Below, one piece after another: positions 47,010-56,422 of a stretch of 64,000 nt of DNA. The position numbers and the translations under genes were made by a program. The DNA is from Minisyncoccota bacterium (GTDB taxonomy: Bacteria; Patescibacteriota; Minisyncoccia; Phycocordibacterales; DATDWN01): the NCBI GenBank assembly GCA_036517295.1, contig DATDWZ010000008.1:304-64303 (forward strand). The letters run 5' to 3'. Numbering within the stretch: position 1 is the first letter of the stretch; each line of letters opens with the position of its first letter. The notes beneath the pieces were generated by a model. That model worked only from the letters and a program-made list of their open reading frames with translations. It did not search any database and was not told where the DNA came from.

Positions 47010-47507
47010 TTATATCCTAACCACCTCCGCTTTCAAAATCATTCCAGAAGAACTCGGCTTCAGGGTACCGCTTACGGTTATAACATCCCCTACACGAATA
47101 TCTGTAATAGCAACTTTTTTACCTTTAGAGTCTAGAAATATGGTACCGAAATGTCGTTTACCATAATCCGACGCGTCAGTATGAATTATCCAGCTCATCT
47201 TCGTCGCTTCCCATGAAGTACCCACAACTATAGTCGTCCCCGACACAGACTCCACTAGCCCACCTTGTAAAAAGACCATGCCGTTACTTGCTATATGAAC
47301 CTCAAGAATAGATTTACTGTTAGAAACCTTAGAAACTAGAGAGGCAGGATTGGGCTCTTCCGCTTTTACGGTTTCTGCACCGGGCAGTAAATATGTAACG
47401 GTAAAAAAGAGAAGACCAACAATAAAGGTACTGACGGATACACCAAGAAAACCGGCTAGGCGAGGATTGCTTCGAAAAATTGGGAATTTTGTTATCAGAT
47501 ATTTCAT
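47010..47507 (-). CDS. N-terminally anchored/secreted hypothetical protein
   Basis: N-terminal TM then a beta-rich region. No motif. Confidence 0.45.
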   Translation of the reverse strand: MKYLITKFPIFRSNPRLAGFLGVSVSTFIVGLLFFTVTYLLPGAETVKAEEPNPASLVSKVSNSKSILEVHIASNGMVFLQGGLVESVSGTTIVVGTSWEATKMSWIIHTDASDYGKRHFGTIFLDSKGKKVAITDIRVGDVITVSGTLKPSSSGMILKAEVVRI

Positions 47508-47650
47508 AATAAAAGTTGTTTGATGGTTACATACTGTGACGGTGGTATGAGATAATTCTTACAAAAAAATCGTGTTTTAATATGTAACAATTTGCACTTT
47601 AGGACGGCTTAATCTTTATAACAATCATATTAAAAACTAACACTAAAAAC

Positions 47651-47800
47651 ATGTTAACAACAATCGCTATTATCCTCGTTATATTATGGCTTCTCGGTGT
47701 GGTGTCTTCGTTTACTCTTGGAGGATTCATACATATCCTTTTGGTAATAGCAGTCGTGGTAATACTCTTAAGGGTAATTCGCGGAGACAGACTCCTCTAG
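47651..47800 (+). CDS. lmo0937-family small membrane protein (49 aa)
   Basis: MLTTIAIILVILWLLGVVSSFTLGGFIHILLVIAVVVILLRVIRGDRLL matches the lmo0937-family pattern (LWLLG...GG.IH.LLVIA.V.L..R). Not in the supplied ORF track because it is under 60 aa. Confidence 0.6.
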   Translation: MLTTIAIILVILWLLGVVSSFTLGGFIHILLVIAVVVILLRVIRGDRLL

Positions 47801-47883
47801 ACCCTATTTAATCGTGTTAATATTAACTAACTTGCACTTTCTATGTATCGTGGTATTATAGTGGACGGAGAAAAGGAGACCTT

Positions 47884-48222
47884 ATGTATCTAGACATGAT
47901 AAGACTGAATCAAACGCAGGTGGTGCAACACCCCTGCGGGCCGGAGATCCGTCACAGGTACCTGACACATCTGTCAAACGGAACTACGGTGGCATTGTGG
48001 TCTGTGTCGGCAGACTCCTGTTTCGGCCCAGAGACACGAAACTATGACATCGTGGTCACCGTCCTTGAGGGTATGGGTATCGTCCTCATCGGCGACGAAG
48101 AGGAGCCGTACCACCCGGGCATGACCACCCACATCCCGGCCGGCACGAAGGCCTGCATCAAGCAAGCCGGCACGGATACGACCGTGCTACAGTGCAACTT
48201 CCCCACCCTCAGGATTGAGTAA
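47884..48222 (+). CDS. Cupin-domain small protein (GC-rich)
   Basis: AAGGAG 6 nt upstream. G.E..H.H...VLEGMG...G...PYHPGMTTHIPAG cupin_2 pattern. Terminator follows. Confidence 0.65.
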   Translation: MYLDMIRLNQTQVVQHPCGPEIRHRYLTHLSNGTTVALWSVSADSCFGPETRNYDIVVTVLEGMGIVLIGDEEEPYHPGMTTHIPAGTKACIKQAGTDTTVLQCNFPTLRIE

Positions 48223-48249
48223 GAGGGGTAAGTCCCCGCCCGTCAACGA

Positions 48250-48290
48250 ACCCGCCCCTGTGCTGGTAGTCGGGGGCGGGTTTTGTTTTA
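48250..48290 (+). terminator. Intrinsic terminator (cccgcccc ... ggggcggg + TTTTGTTTT)
   Basis: GC stem plus U-tract after the cupin stop. Confidence 0.6.
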
Positions 48291-48300
48291 TATAAAACAC

Positions 48301-48335
48301 AAAAGACCACCGATCGGAGGTCTTTTGTTTATTAA
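48301..48335 (-). terminator. Intrinsic terminator for 48354..49304 (agacc-tccgatcgg-tggtct + U-tract on minus strand)
   Basis: Hairpin with a T-tract on the minus strand. Confidence 0.5.
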
Positions 48336-48353
48336 ACTAAATAATAAAGCAAT

Positions 48354-49304
48354 TTATTGAACCAGAGTCTTGAATGAACCCTCTGCGCCCAGAACCGTAT
48401 TTCCTTTAACATCAGTGCTTCCAACAACATAGAAGTATGTCGTACTTGTCGCTAAGTTAGACAAAGTTAAACTGTGCCAGAATCCCATTCCACCGGAAAC
48501 CTGTGTTGGAGTTTTTGTAGTATCAATCGGTGTTGTTGTACTTACCCACAATTTACTATTCGATGATTCATCTGTAACCCAAACTATATTGGCTGATATA
48601 TCGGTTATTCTGAAAGCGGTGGAGAAGAGGATTTTTGGAGCGGTAGCATCAACTTCCATGATTGCTTTTGTCTTGAACTCATAAACCTTTGATCTGACTA
48701 ATCTGCCATCCGTACCTTGATACTCTATGAAATAGTAGTACTTGGTACTCACCGACAAATTAGACAATGTTGTTTTGTGTTCGAGAGAGAAAACTGTCTC
48801 TTCTACAAAAGATAGACCGGTTGTCGTGCTGGTTTTTGACAAATTACTGTCTGTCGAGAAGTAAACTTTACCTTTTGTTTCTTCTTTTGTCTTCCAGTTA
48901 ACTAGTGCTGTGCTCGTTCCAACTCGTTCGTTAACGGCAGAAATCCTTATGCCCGCCTTTGTGTCTGCATCGGTCTTATTGAAGAAACGGGCAAACCAAC
49001 TAACCAACGATCCTCTGTTATCTTTATTTTCTTTACTGTTCGATTTTGAATTTTTCCTGTTATCACCGCCGGACTTATCATCGTCATTCGATTTTAACGA
49101 CGCTTCTCCTCTGATACTGTTATTTGATCTTATACTATTATCACCTTGATTGTTTTCGGCGATTAAAGCCGTTCTTAGTGCAACCGAGACTTCCGCTCTT
49201 TCATCGTCATTTATTTTTAATAATGATGCATTAGCCATAAATGGTGACAAGGCCATGCTCATTACCGAGAAAGCCAGTATGTAAGACATATTTCTTTTAA
49301 TCAT
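48354..49304 (-). CDS. Secreted protein with two fibronectin type III-like domains
   Basis: Signal peptide. Low-complexity Ser/Asn/Lys linker. Two FN3/PAP-N-like repeats (STKYYYFIEYQGTDG; STTYFYVVGSTDVKG). Confidence 0.65.
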   Translation of the reverse strand: MIKRNMSYILAFSVMSMALSPFMANASLLKINDDERAEVSVALRTALIAENNQGDNSIRSNNSIRGEASLKSNDDDKSGGDNRKNSKSNSKENKDNRGSLVSWFARFFNKTDADTKAGIRISAVNERVGTSTALVNWKTKEETKGKVYFSTDSNLSKTSTTTGLSFVEETVFSLEHKTTLSNLSVSTKYYYFIEYQGTDGRLVRSKVYEFKTKAIMEVDATAPKILFSTAFRITDISANIVWVTDESSNSKLWVSTTTPIDTTKTPTQVSGGMGFWHSLTLSNLATSTTYFYVVGSTDVKGNTVLGAEGSFKTLVQ

Positions 49305-49451
49305 AAATTTTTAAGTTAATTTTAATTGAGGTTAGGGTTATGGTTGTATTCAGAAACCCACACCTACTTTTGTTATGACGCCCTGTTTCTTTCGTTCTTA
49401 CACTATTATTAACGAGAGTTTGTGGTATAGTAAGCCTTAATCAAAGATGTA

Positions 49452-49486
49452 ATATTGGTAAGAAATAGTTACTTAAAGCGTCTAAA
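49452..49486 (+). promoter_or_regulatory. Candidate ECF-type promoter GGTAAG-N16-CGTCTAA directly upstream of the sigma gene (leaderless-like)
   Basis: CGTC-containing -10 with a GGTAAG -35-like element at 16-nt spacing. An autoregulatory ECF promoter is plausible. Confidence 0.3.
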
Positions 49487-49489
49487 ACT

Positions 49490-50002
49490 ATGAAAGGCCC
49501 CGAAGAAATGTTTCTGGATACATATAACACCTATTCGGACCAAATCTTTCGGTTTGTCCTCTTTAAGTTAAGCGACAGAGAAAAAGCCAAAGATCTGACG
49601 CAAGAAACTTTCATGAAGACCTGGATCCATATTTCCAAAAATGGCAACCTGGAAAATGTAAGGGCTTTTCTCTATAAGGTAGCGAGGAATCTGGTCGTCG
49701 ACGAATATAGGAGAAAAGGTAGAGTAAACATAAGGTCTTTGGATGAACTTGTGGAAGATGGCTACGATCCAAAAACGGAGGAATCCGAATCTTTGATGGA
49801 TAAGATAGACGGCAGAGAGGCCTTAAAATTCATAAAACAACTGCCCCAAGCATATTCGGATATTTTATTTATGAGGTATGTGGAAGAATTGGATATTTCT
49901 GAAATAGCTTCCGCTCTCGATAAATCAACAAATGTCGTCTCTGTCAGAATAAATCGAGGTATAAAGAAACTGAAAGAAATAATAAGTAAAAAAAATATAT
50001 AA
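49490..50002 (+). CDS. ECF-family RNA polymerase sigma factor (sigma-70 regions 2 and 4)
   Basis: DLTQETFMKTW (region 2.x). DILFMRYVEELDISEIASALDKSTNVVSVRINRG (region 4 HTH). Confidence 0.9.
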   Translation: MKGPEEMFLDTYNTYSDQIFRFVLFKLSDREKAKDLTQETFMKTWIHISKNGNLENVRAFLYKVARNLVVDEYRRKGRVNIRSLDELVEDGYDPKTEESESLMDKIDGREALKFIKQLPQAYSDILFMRYVEELDISEIASALDKSTNVVSVRINRGIKKLKEIISKKNI

Positions 50003-50010
50003 TTGCTCCT

Positions 50011-50748
50011 ATGTACCGAAATCTATTTAAAAAAATAAAGAAAGAACAACTAAGTCCGAAAGAAAAAGCGGATGGGTTTTTGAAACTCCGAGAGTTTATA
50101 AAAGAAAATCCAATACGATTTACTCCGGAAATGACCGTGGCAGAGAAAAAAGGCGCACCCATAAAATCTCCTTTCTTTAATGGCTTCTTTTTTGGGCAGA
50201 GAACTTTCGTTTTGGCCGGGGCTTGTATGCTTCTACTCGTTGCTGGAGGAACGGCTATCGGCTCAAACTCTTCGTTACCCGGAGAAATTCTTTACCCCGT
50301 GAAAATATTGAACGAAAAAATGGAATCATTCTTGTCTGTGGGAACAAGGGCCCAGACCGAAGTTGAAATTCAGCATACCTTAAAAAGGCTGGATGAAGCT
50401 GAAAATCTATCAAATCAGAACAGACTCGACGAGAAAAAACAGATAGAAATTACCGATAATGTCTCATTAGGACTCCAGGAGATATCAAAAAAGGTCACAA
50501 AATTGCAGGATGACGGCAAGACAAAAGATGTCGAGGAGATAAATACCAGATTTAAAAAATCTCTGGAGGTACGCCGAGGAATAATACTAAAACTTGAAGA
50601 AGGGTGGAATGAAAAACAAAAATCTGCCTCTAGCACGAAAGAAGATGGGGAAAATTCATCGAATAAGGACTCGTCAAAAAACAGGGAGCAAATCAGAGAA
50701 TCGGGAGGCGTATTGAATGTAAAAACGGAAAATCCTCTTGAATTATAA
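50011..50748 (+). CDS. Putative anti-sigma factor (single TM, cognate to the ECF sigma)
   Basis: Immediately downstream of the sigma gene. Cytoplasmic N-region, TM (VLAGACMLLLVAGGTAIG), extracytoplasmic coiled region. Confidence 0.45.
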   Translation: MYRNLFKKIKKEQLSPKEKADGFLKLREFIKENPIRFTPEMTVAEKKGAPIKSPFFNGFFFGQRTFVLAGACMLLLVAGGTAIGSNSSLPGEILYPVKILNEKMESFLSVGTRAQTEVEIQHTLKRLDEAENLSNQNRLDEKKQIEITDNVSLGLQEISKKVTKLQDDGKTKDVEEINTRFKKSLEVRRGIILKLEEGWNEKQKSASSTKEDGENSSNKDSSKNREQIRESGGVLNVKTENPLEL

Positions 50749-50754
50749 GAACCC

Positions 50755-51114
50755 TTACTTATCCTGAGATTCCAGTTTAACCGCCGCTTCAGGAGTTGAA
50801 ACAGTTCTACCCATAAGAAAGAGTCTGATTATACCAACCGCCACAATCCAGTAAACGAGCATGGCCAAAAGTGTAGTCCACTCAAACACACTCCCTTCTA
50901 TTTGGGTTCTGCTAAACACCGCGTTAAATGGAGAGGTAAAAACGGATGTGGCGCCATAAATAAAGCTTGTAAATCCGGCGCCAGCATTGGCACCGAGAAG
51001 TTTCAAGACGAATCGAAAGGCTAAGAGTATTTCCAGTAACCCCAACACATACCAAACTATTTGCGTGCCACGGTATAGAGGTTTTGTTGATGAAGAATTA
51101 TATGATGATTCCAT
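50755..51114 (-). CDS. YggT-family membrane protein
   Basis: About 100-aa two-TM protein. LLEILLAFRFVLKLLGAN matches the YggT pattern. Confidence 0.65.
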   Translation of the reverse strand: MESSYNSSSTKPLYRGTQIVWYVLGLLEILLAFRFVLKLLGANAGAGFTSFIYGATSVFTSPFNAVFSRTQIEGSVFEWTTLLAMLVYWIVAVGIIRLFLMGRTVSTPEAAVKLESQDK

Positions 51115-51139
51115 AAATTTTTGTTGTTAGAATTAATAT

Positions 51140-52243
51140 TTAGTTTTTTGTCTTAAACGCCTGCCTTTCCCCTCGTACCGTACCCATACTGTTTTCGGCA
51201 ACAAGTCGGAAATAGTAGTTAGTGCCCGAATTAAGCCCCGTAACAAATTTATCAATAGGCACAACCGCTCCCCCGGCACCCACATTAACAGGATCGGATG
51301 ATTGCAATAGTACCTGCCCTAGTAATGAATTCGTGCTGTACTCAAACCAATACTTCGTATCAGCAAGATTCGGATTAACCGTACCGTGCAAGGTTGCTCC
51401 CGAAGAGGTTACCGCCGAAGCGTTACCCGTAGTGACACTCGGAACTTTTGCCGATACCGGCCCCAATGTCTTGAAATTTAATATTGAACCGTTAATCGTC
51501 CCGAATTGGTTTTGAGCATTGATCCGAAAATAATATGTCGTCAGGGGTTCAAGGGAAGAAAGGGATACGGAAGCTGATGATTTCGTATTACCGTCACCAA
51601 TAGAAGAGAAAGCTGAGGTATCCCCCAATTCCACGGTCTTACCATATTCAAACCAATATTGTGTTGATGCATTATTTGGCGTAACTTCACCATTTATAAT
51701 AGCCGTTGTTCTGGATATGGCGCTGGCTGGCAGGGTTTTTGTCCTTGGAGCACTCCCCACCGGAGTTGATACACCTTCCGTGGTCTCTAATGTATATTGC
51801 CCACCAACCACTCTTCCATAGCGGTTTTCCGCGACAAGTCGAAAGTAATATGTTGTGTTTTTAACAAGTCCTGTAATATATGCCGGGGCTTGGATTGAGA
51901 CGAAACCGGAACCAAGCGTCTGATTTAAAGTCTTACTTCCAAGGTTATTGGTATTACCATATTCATACCAATAACTTGTAAACGCCCCCCGTGGGTTGAC
52001 CGTACCATTAACAACTGCTGTTGTATCCGTTGGAGAAAATGATGAGTTAGTGACGACAATTGGCAACCCGGCTTGAGATGTCACGACCGTGTTCGTACCG
52101 GTAGTATTAGTATCGTTATTTACGGTAGTAGATGTAGTTGTGGCATTAGGAGACGGACCAACACCTCCACTAAAGCTCCAGATAGCCCACCCAACTATTG
52201 CCACCACCACGATGCCTCCAACAATCATTATTGTTTTTTCCAT
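51140..52243 (-). CDS. N-terminally anchored protein with three fibronectin type III-like repeats
   Basis: Three repeats ending NTTYYFRLVAENRYG, TTYYFRINAQNQFG, TNYYFRLVAENSMG. Confidence 0.65.
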   Translation of the reverse strand: MEKTIMIVGGIVVVAIVGWAIWSFSGGVGPSPNATTTSTTVNNDTNTTGTNTVVTSQAGLPIVVTNSSFSPTDTTAVVNGTVNPRGAFTSYWYEYGNTNNLGSKTLNQTLGSGFVSIQAPAYITGLVKNTTYYFRLVAENRYGRVVGGQYTLETTEGVSTPVGSAPRTKTLPASAISRTTAIINGEVTPNNASTQYWFEYGKTVELGDTSAFSSIGDGNTKSSASVSLSSLEPLTTYYFRINAQNQFGTINGSILNFKTLGPVSAKVPSVTTGNASAVTSSGATLHGTVNPNLADTKYWFEYSTNSLLGQVLLQSSDPVNVGAGGAVVPIDKFVTGLNSGTNYYFRLVAENSMGTVRGERQAFKTKN

Positions 52244-52342
52244 AATATTTATGTTATTTTTTAATTATGTATAATCCTACACACTAAGACGAGACGGAAA
52301 CCGCTGTATTACAGGTGTATAATTATAATTTTGTTATAATGG

Positions 52343-52451
52343 AGTAATGAATCCCGTTAGAGTTTAACTGGGCTCGGAGATGTTGTAATCATACTAATGA
52401 GGTTAAATAGGCTTTAATGTACTAAAATATATAATGATAAACTCTAACGAG
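52343..52451 (+). repeat. Copy B of ~100-bp leader/MITE-like element (CCCGTTAGAGTTTA ... TAAACTCTAACGAG) abutting the ytxJ-like ATG
   Basis: About 85% identical to copy A over the full length in the same gene-relative orientation. Ends exactly at ATG 52452. Confidence 0.6.
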
Positions 52452-52781
52452 ATGAACTATTTTTATGAAACCCCATATCTGTCGGAAATAACAGAAAAAT
52501 CTCACAGTGAAACGGTTATGATTTTTAAACACTCCTCCACCTGCACCGGAAGTGTTAAATTATATAAAAAACTGGAGGAACTAATGGAGAAGGGCGATTG
52601 GAAAACTCCGGTTTATCTAGTAACGGTTCAAGTATACCCAACATTATCAAAAAACATATCCGAAATATTTGATATAAAACATGAAAGCCCGCAAATAATA
52701 GTTTTAAAATCCGGAAAAGTCTTATATGAAGCCCATCACAACCAAATAGATATAGAAAATCTTATTAATTCACGAATGTAG
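52452..52781 (+). CDS. YtxJ-like monothiol thioredoxin-fold protein (bacillithiol-system YtxJ/DUF2847 family)
   Basis: MIFKHSSTCTGS (TCxxS) and HESPQIIVLKSGKVLYEAHHNQID match the YtxJ pattern. Confidence 0.65.
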   Translation: MNYFYETPYLSEITEKSHSETVMIFKHSSTCTGSVKLYKKLEELMEKGDWKTPVYLVTVQVYPTLSKNISEIFDIKHESPQIIVLKSGKVLYEAHHNQIDIENLINSRM

Positions 52782-52910
52782 TTTCGGAGGATTTTTGGCC
52801 AAAAGTCGCGTATAAAATAAAAACTGGAACCCGAGACATACAGTTAGTACATTGAGGGACCAGTTTTTATTTTAGACGATGAAATTAAGCAAAAAGACCG
52901 GGAACCGATA

Positions 52911-53114
52911 CTACATCTTTCCCACTGAGCAAGCCTTGCAGTTACCCTTGTGAGTGAAAATCTCATACAAAGCTGCCAAACCTACCAACAAATAGACAAG
53001 CTTAGCCAAACCTGGACCCAGCGCCTCTACGACATCATATCCCAGAGCATGAAGACCCCATGCCAAACCACCAACTATCAAGAGCACGAACGCAACCATG
53101 TGTAATGATTTCAT
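52911..53114 (-). CDS. DUF378-family small membrane protein
   Basis: GGLAWGLHALGYDVVEALGPGLAKLVYLLVGLAALYEIF matches the DUF378 consensus. Confidence 0.7.
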   Translation of the reverse strand: MKSLHMVAFVLLIVGGLAWGLHALGYDVVEALGPGLAKLVYLLVGLAALYEIFTHKGNCKACSVGKM

Positions 53115-53212
53115 ACGATAAATTAATTAAGATAACTAATAACTACCCCTTTTATTATACAATATATAGTGATTTAGTCACCAGCAGCCTGTGTATTACT
53201 TTAGATCTAAAA

Positions 53213-53755
53213 CTAGTTATTATTATCAGCTATTTTATTCTGCTGACTGAATATAACCCGCCTAATTTCATCAGGGTGACGGACGGCACTGATATAGAAC
53301 TCTCGGCTGTCTTCACTGGCCGTCTGAACCTGCACATTACCGAAACCTAAGAGAGTCGGAATAAAACCGTGAACATCCAAAGTTATGTCCTGTATCTTGT
53401 CAAAATGTAGATTTGAAACCTCTCGATCGAAAATCCGGCGTTGATCTATGGCAATAATACGCTTCTCGGTTATATACCAAACATCAAGATAAAATTTCGT
53501 CCAATCGACAAAGAAAGAGGCCCATATAGACAGAAGCCAAAGTGAATAAAAAAATAAAAACGCGGCCGAATGATTTCCTGGAAAATCAATAGCAAGTATG
53601 GACGGTATGAACACCCTTATTACAGCGAATAAAATTATCGGCAGAAGAGCTACCACCAAGAGGGCCGCCCCGTAACCTACAAAAACAATCCAATGCTTGC
53701 GCACCACCATTATGACATGCTCGTCGTGATTTAAATGTAATACTTCGTATGACAT
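53213..53755 (-). CDS. Membrane-flanked bacterial PH-domain (bPH_2/DUF304) protein
   Basis: Two TMs. YITEKRIIAIDQRRIFDREVSNLHFDKIQDITLDVHGFIPTLLGFGNVQVQT. Confidence 0.65.
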   Translation of the reverse strand: MSYEVLHLNHDEHVIMVVRKHWIVFVGYGAALLVVALLPIILFAVIRVFIPSILAIDFPGNHSAAFLFFYSLWLLSIWASFFVDWTKFYLDVWYITEKRIIAIDQRRIFDREVSNLHFDKIQDITLDVHGFIPTLLGFGNVQVQTASEDSREFYISAVRHPDEIRRVIFSQQNKIADNNN

Positions 53756-53758
53756 AGT

Positions 53759-54055
53759 TTAAAAATAATTTATGGCCAAGCCGGCAACAGTAAACAAGGC
53801 TAGCGAGACTAGCACGAAAATTGTCTCCCCTATAACAACACCGGCACTGCGCATTCCGTATGACGACCAATGATACATCAAAACCGACGAGATGATCGTA
53901 TAAATAACAAAGAAAAAAACCAGTATGGCCACAAAAACAGGTTTATTTATAAAGAGTGATAGGTCTATATCGGGTAAGGCTGGCAATGAAAATAATGGTG
54001 ACTGCATATCTATATTATAACAATAACTATTCGTTTTTAGCAAAAGCTGAGCCAA
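53759..54055 (-). CDS. Small membrane protein (2 TM), unknown
   Basis: Hydrophobic profile only. Confidence 0.4.
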   Translation of the reverse strand: MAQLLLKTNSYCYNIDMQSPLFSLPALPDIDLSLFINKPVFVAILVFFFVIYTIISSVLMYHWSSYGMRSAGVVIGETIFVLVSLALFTVAGLAINYF

Positions 54056-54144
54056 ATTATCAATAAGTGGTTTGACTTATTGTCCGAAGTTTGCTTTAAT
54101 TGAGCGGTCGCCGGCACGGGCCGGTTTTTCAAATCATCAAAATT

Positions 54145-55938
54145 ATGGAAATTAGAAATATTGCAATAATAGCCCATGTCGACCATGGAAAAACGACCCT
54201 TACGGACGCCCTTATGAGACAGACGGGCATGGTTACGGCCGAGGGTGTGACCATGGATTCTAACGCTCTTGAGCAAGAGCGGGGCATTACTATATACGCC
54301 AAAAATACATCCGTGTATTATCCCGGAAAAAACTCCGGGCGAGAAGTGACAAAAATCAACATCGTCGATACGCCGGGCCACTCCGACTTCGGTTCGGAGG
54401 TAGAGCGAGTTTTGCGCTCCATCGACACGGTGCTCCTTTTGGTTGATGCTCAAGAAGGACCAATGCCCCAAACACGATTCGTTTTGAAAAAATCTCTTGA
54501 ACTCGGACTTAAGCCTATCGTCATAATAAACAAAATAGATAAACCGGCCGCTCGACCGGACGAAGTGCACGAGATGGTTTTGGAACTTTTTATGGAACTT
54601 GGGGCCAGCGATTCGCAGTTGGATTTTACGACAGTATATGCCATAGGTCGCGACGGTATAGCAAAAATGAAACTCACGGACGAATCGAAAGACCTAACTC
54701 CCCTTTTAGAAACAATACTTCGTGAAGTGCCACCGGCGACAGGGGATAAAAATCTGCCGGCAAGAATGCAATCGTTTAATCTAGCTTATGATAACTTCCT
54801 CGGTCGCCTCGCAGTCTGTCGAATGTATGAAGGCACAATAAAAGTCGGTGATGCGGTTTTCGTCAAACAACATCACGACGAAAAAGCAGCTCAAACAGTT
54901 TCCGGAAAATTAACAAAGATGTTCTCCTTTGAGGGTACCAAACGAGTAGAAATACAGGAAGCTTCTGCCGGAGATATTGTTATGATAGCCGGACTTCCTA
55001 CGGTTTATATTGGAGACACTATTTGTAAGGACGAGAATGCGGAAATGTTGCCTTCTATCAATATAGATGAGCCGACTATTTCGTTGAATTTCCTTGTGAA
55101 CGACTCACCTTTTGCTGGCCGTGAAGGAAAATTTGTAACGGGACGACAAATACGTGACAGACTGGAAAAAGAACTGGAAATAAACGTGGGGCTTAAGATT
55201 GATTGGAATAACAACGAGTACTTTACTGTTTATGGAAGAGGTGAATTGCACATCGCCATTCTCTGCGAAAATATGCGACGCGAAGGTTATGAACTTCAAG
55301 TCTCACAACCACAAGTTATTATAAAAGAAGAAAATGGAATCAAAACCGAGCCCTTTGAAGAAGTGACCGTAGATGTTTCGGATGAATTGGCCAGTTCGGT
55401 TATCGCAAGACTTACAGAAAGGCGCGGACTTTTGATGAATATAAAACAAAGGCATGGTCAGCAGAGAATCATTTTTGAAATACCAACAAGGGGTCTTTTA
55501 GGGTATCGTGGTCAGTTTGTGGTAGATACGAAAGGCAACGGGATTTTGTCTTCACGGTTTATAGAATTTCGAGAATATGTGGGTGATATAAAAAAGACCA
55601 GCTATGGCTCTATGGTTTCCATGACGGCAGGCAAGGTCCTGGCTTTTGCCTTAGACAACCTGCAACAGAGAGGGACATTGTATGTCGACCCGGGAGTAGA
55701 GGTATACGAAGGAATGGTTATCGGAAACACTTCAAAAGGTGAAGACCTCTTCGTAAACCCGACCAAAGGCAAACAGCTGACAAACATGAGAGCCTCCGGT
55801 TCCGACGACAAAGTCTATCTCACCGCAACAATGAAACTCGACATCGAGAAAGCCATGGAGGTCATGTCCGAAGATGAATATATAGAAATCACTCCAAAGT
55901 CGGTGAGATTGAGAAAGAAGGTACTGAAGGTTAAGTAA
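54145..55938 (+). CDS. typA: Translational GTPase TypA/BipA
   Basis: MEIRNIAIIAHVDHGKTTLTDAL G1 motif, DTPGH G3. Full-length TypA architecture. Confidence 0.9.
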   Translation: MEIRNIAIIAHVDHGKTTLTDALMRQTGMVTAEGVTMDSNALEQERGITIYAKNTSVYYPGKNSGREVTKINIVDTPGHSDFGSEVERVLRSIDTVLLLVDAQEGPMPQTRFVLKKSLELGLKPIVIINKIDKPAARPDEVHEMVLELFMELGASDSQLDFTTVYAIGRDGIAKMKLTDESKDLTPLLETILREVPPATGDKNLPARMQSFNLAYDNFLGRLAVCRMYEGTIKVGDAVFVKQHHDEKAAQTVSGKLTKMFSFEGTKRVEIQEASAGDIVMIAGLPTVYIGDTICKDENAEMLPSINIDEPTISLNFLVNDSPFAGREGKFVTGRQIRDRLEKELEINVGLKIDWNNNEYFTVYGRGELHIAILCENMRREGYELQVSQPQVIIKEENGIKTEPFEEVTVDVSDELASSVIARLTERRGLLMNIKQRHGQQRIIFEIPTRGLLGYRGQFVVDTKGNGILSSRFIEFREYVGDIKKTSYGSMVSMTAGKVLAFALDNLQQRGTLYVDPGVEVYEGMVIGNTSKGEDLFVNPTKGKQLTNMRASGSDDKVYLTATMKLDIEKAMEVMSEDEYIEITPKSVRLRKKVLKVK

Positions 55939-56010
55939 GAATATTAGATTTGAGAAAAGGCATTGGCCACGCGTGGAACTGCACGCGACCAATACCTTTT
56001 TCAAAAAGAG

Positions 56011-56345
56011 CTACCTCTTCCGGCCACCAAGTCGGCGGTAGTGACACCGCCTGCACTCTTGCCGTGGGGGTGAGATGATTTTGAGAAGCCGATGGGCCTC
56101 TCTCACTCGCCTCTCCTCTTCGGCCTTGTGCAGTTCACGAAGAGCATCGACGAGCTTCACAAGATCACCAATTCTGACTTGGTGAGCCTTGCTGTGCTCG
56201 ACGAGGCAGATCGCAAACATAGGAACCCCCGCTATCTGCGCAAGGTGATCACGGCTTATGTGACCCCTCCAACTCCTCATCTCCTTTCCGAAAATGAAAC
56301 ATGCGCGCCTTCTTCCGCCTTTCACTACCGCCCCTACTTTCATAG
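56011..56345 (-). CDS. GC-rich hypothetical protein (~110 aa), possible HTH
   Basis: AGGAG 4 nt upstream of ATG (MKVGAVVKGG...). The region is about 58% GC. HLAQIAGVPMFAICLVEHSK may be an HTH. Low support. Confidence 0.3.
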
Positions 56346-56422
56346 CGCTCCTGGGGAACTTGGAGTGACCATTCACTCTGTCTATAATCTAATACTATAT
56401 AAAGCAATATGCAAACATAGAC

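Noticed and set aside
54037-54570. 177-aa minus-strand ORF overlapping the typA 5' region
   Set aside because: Antisense to the typA G-domain. The translation is compositionally odd. No expression signals.
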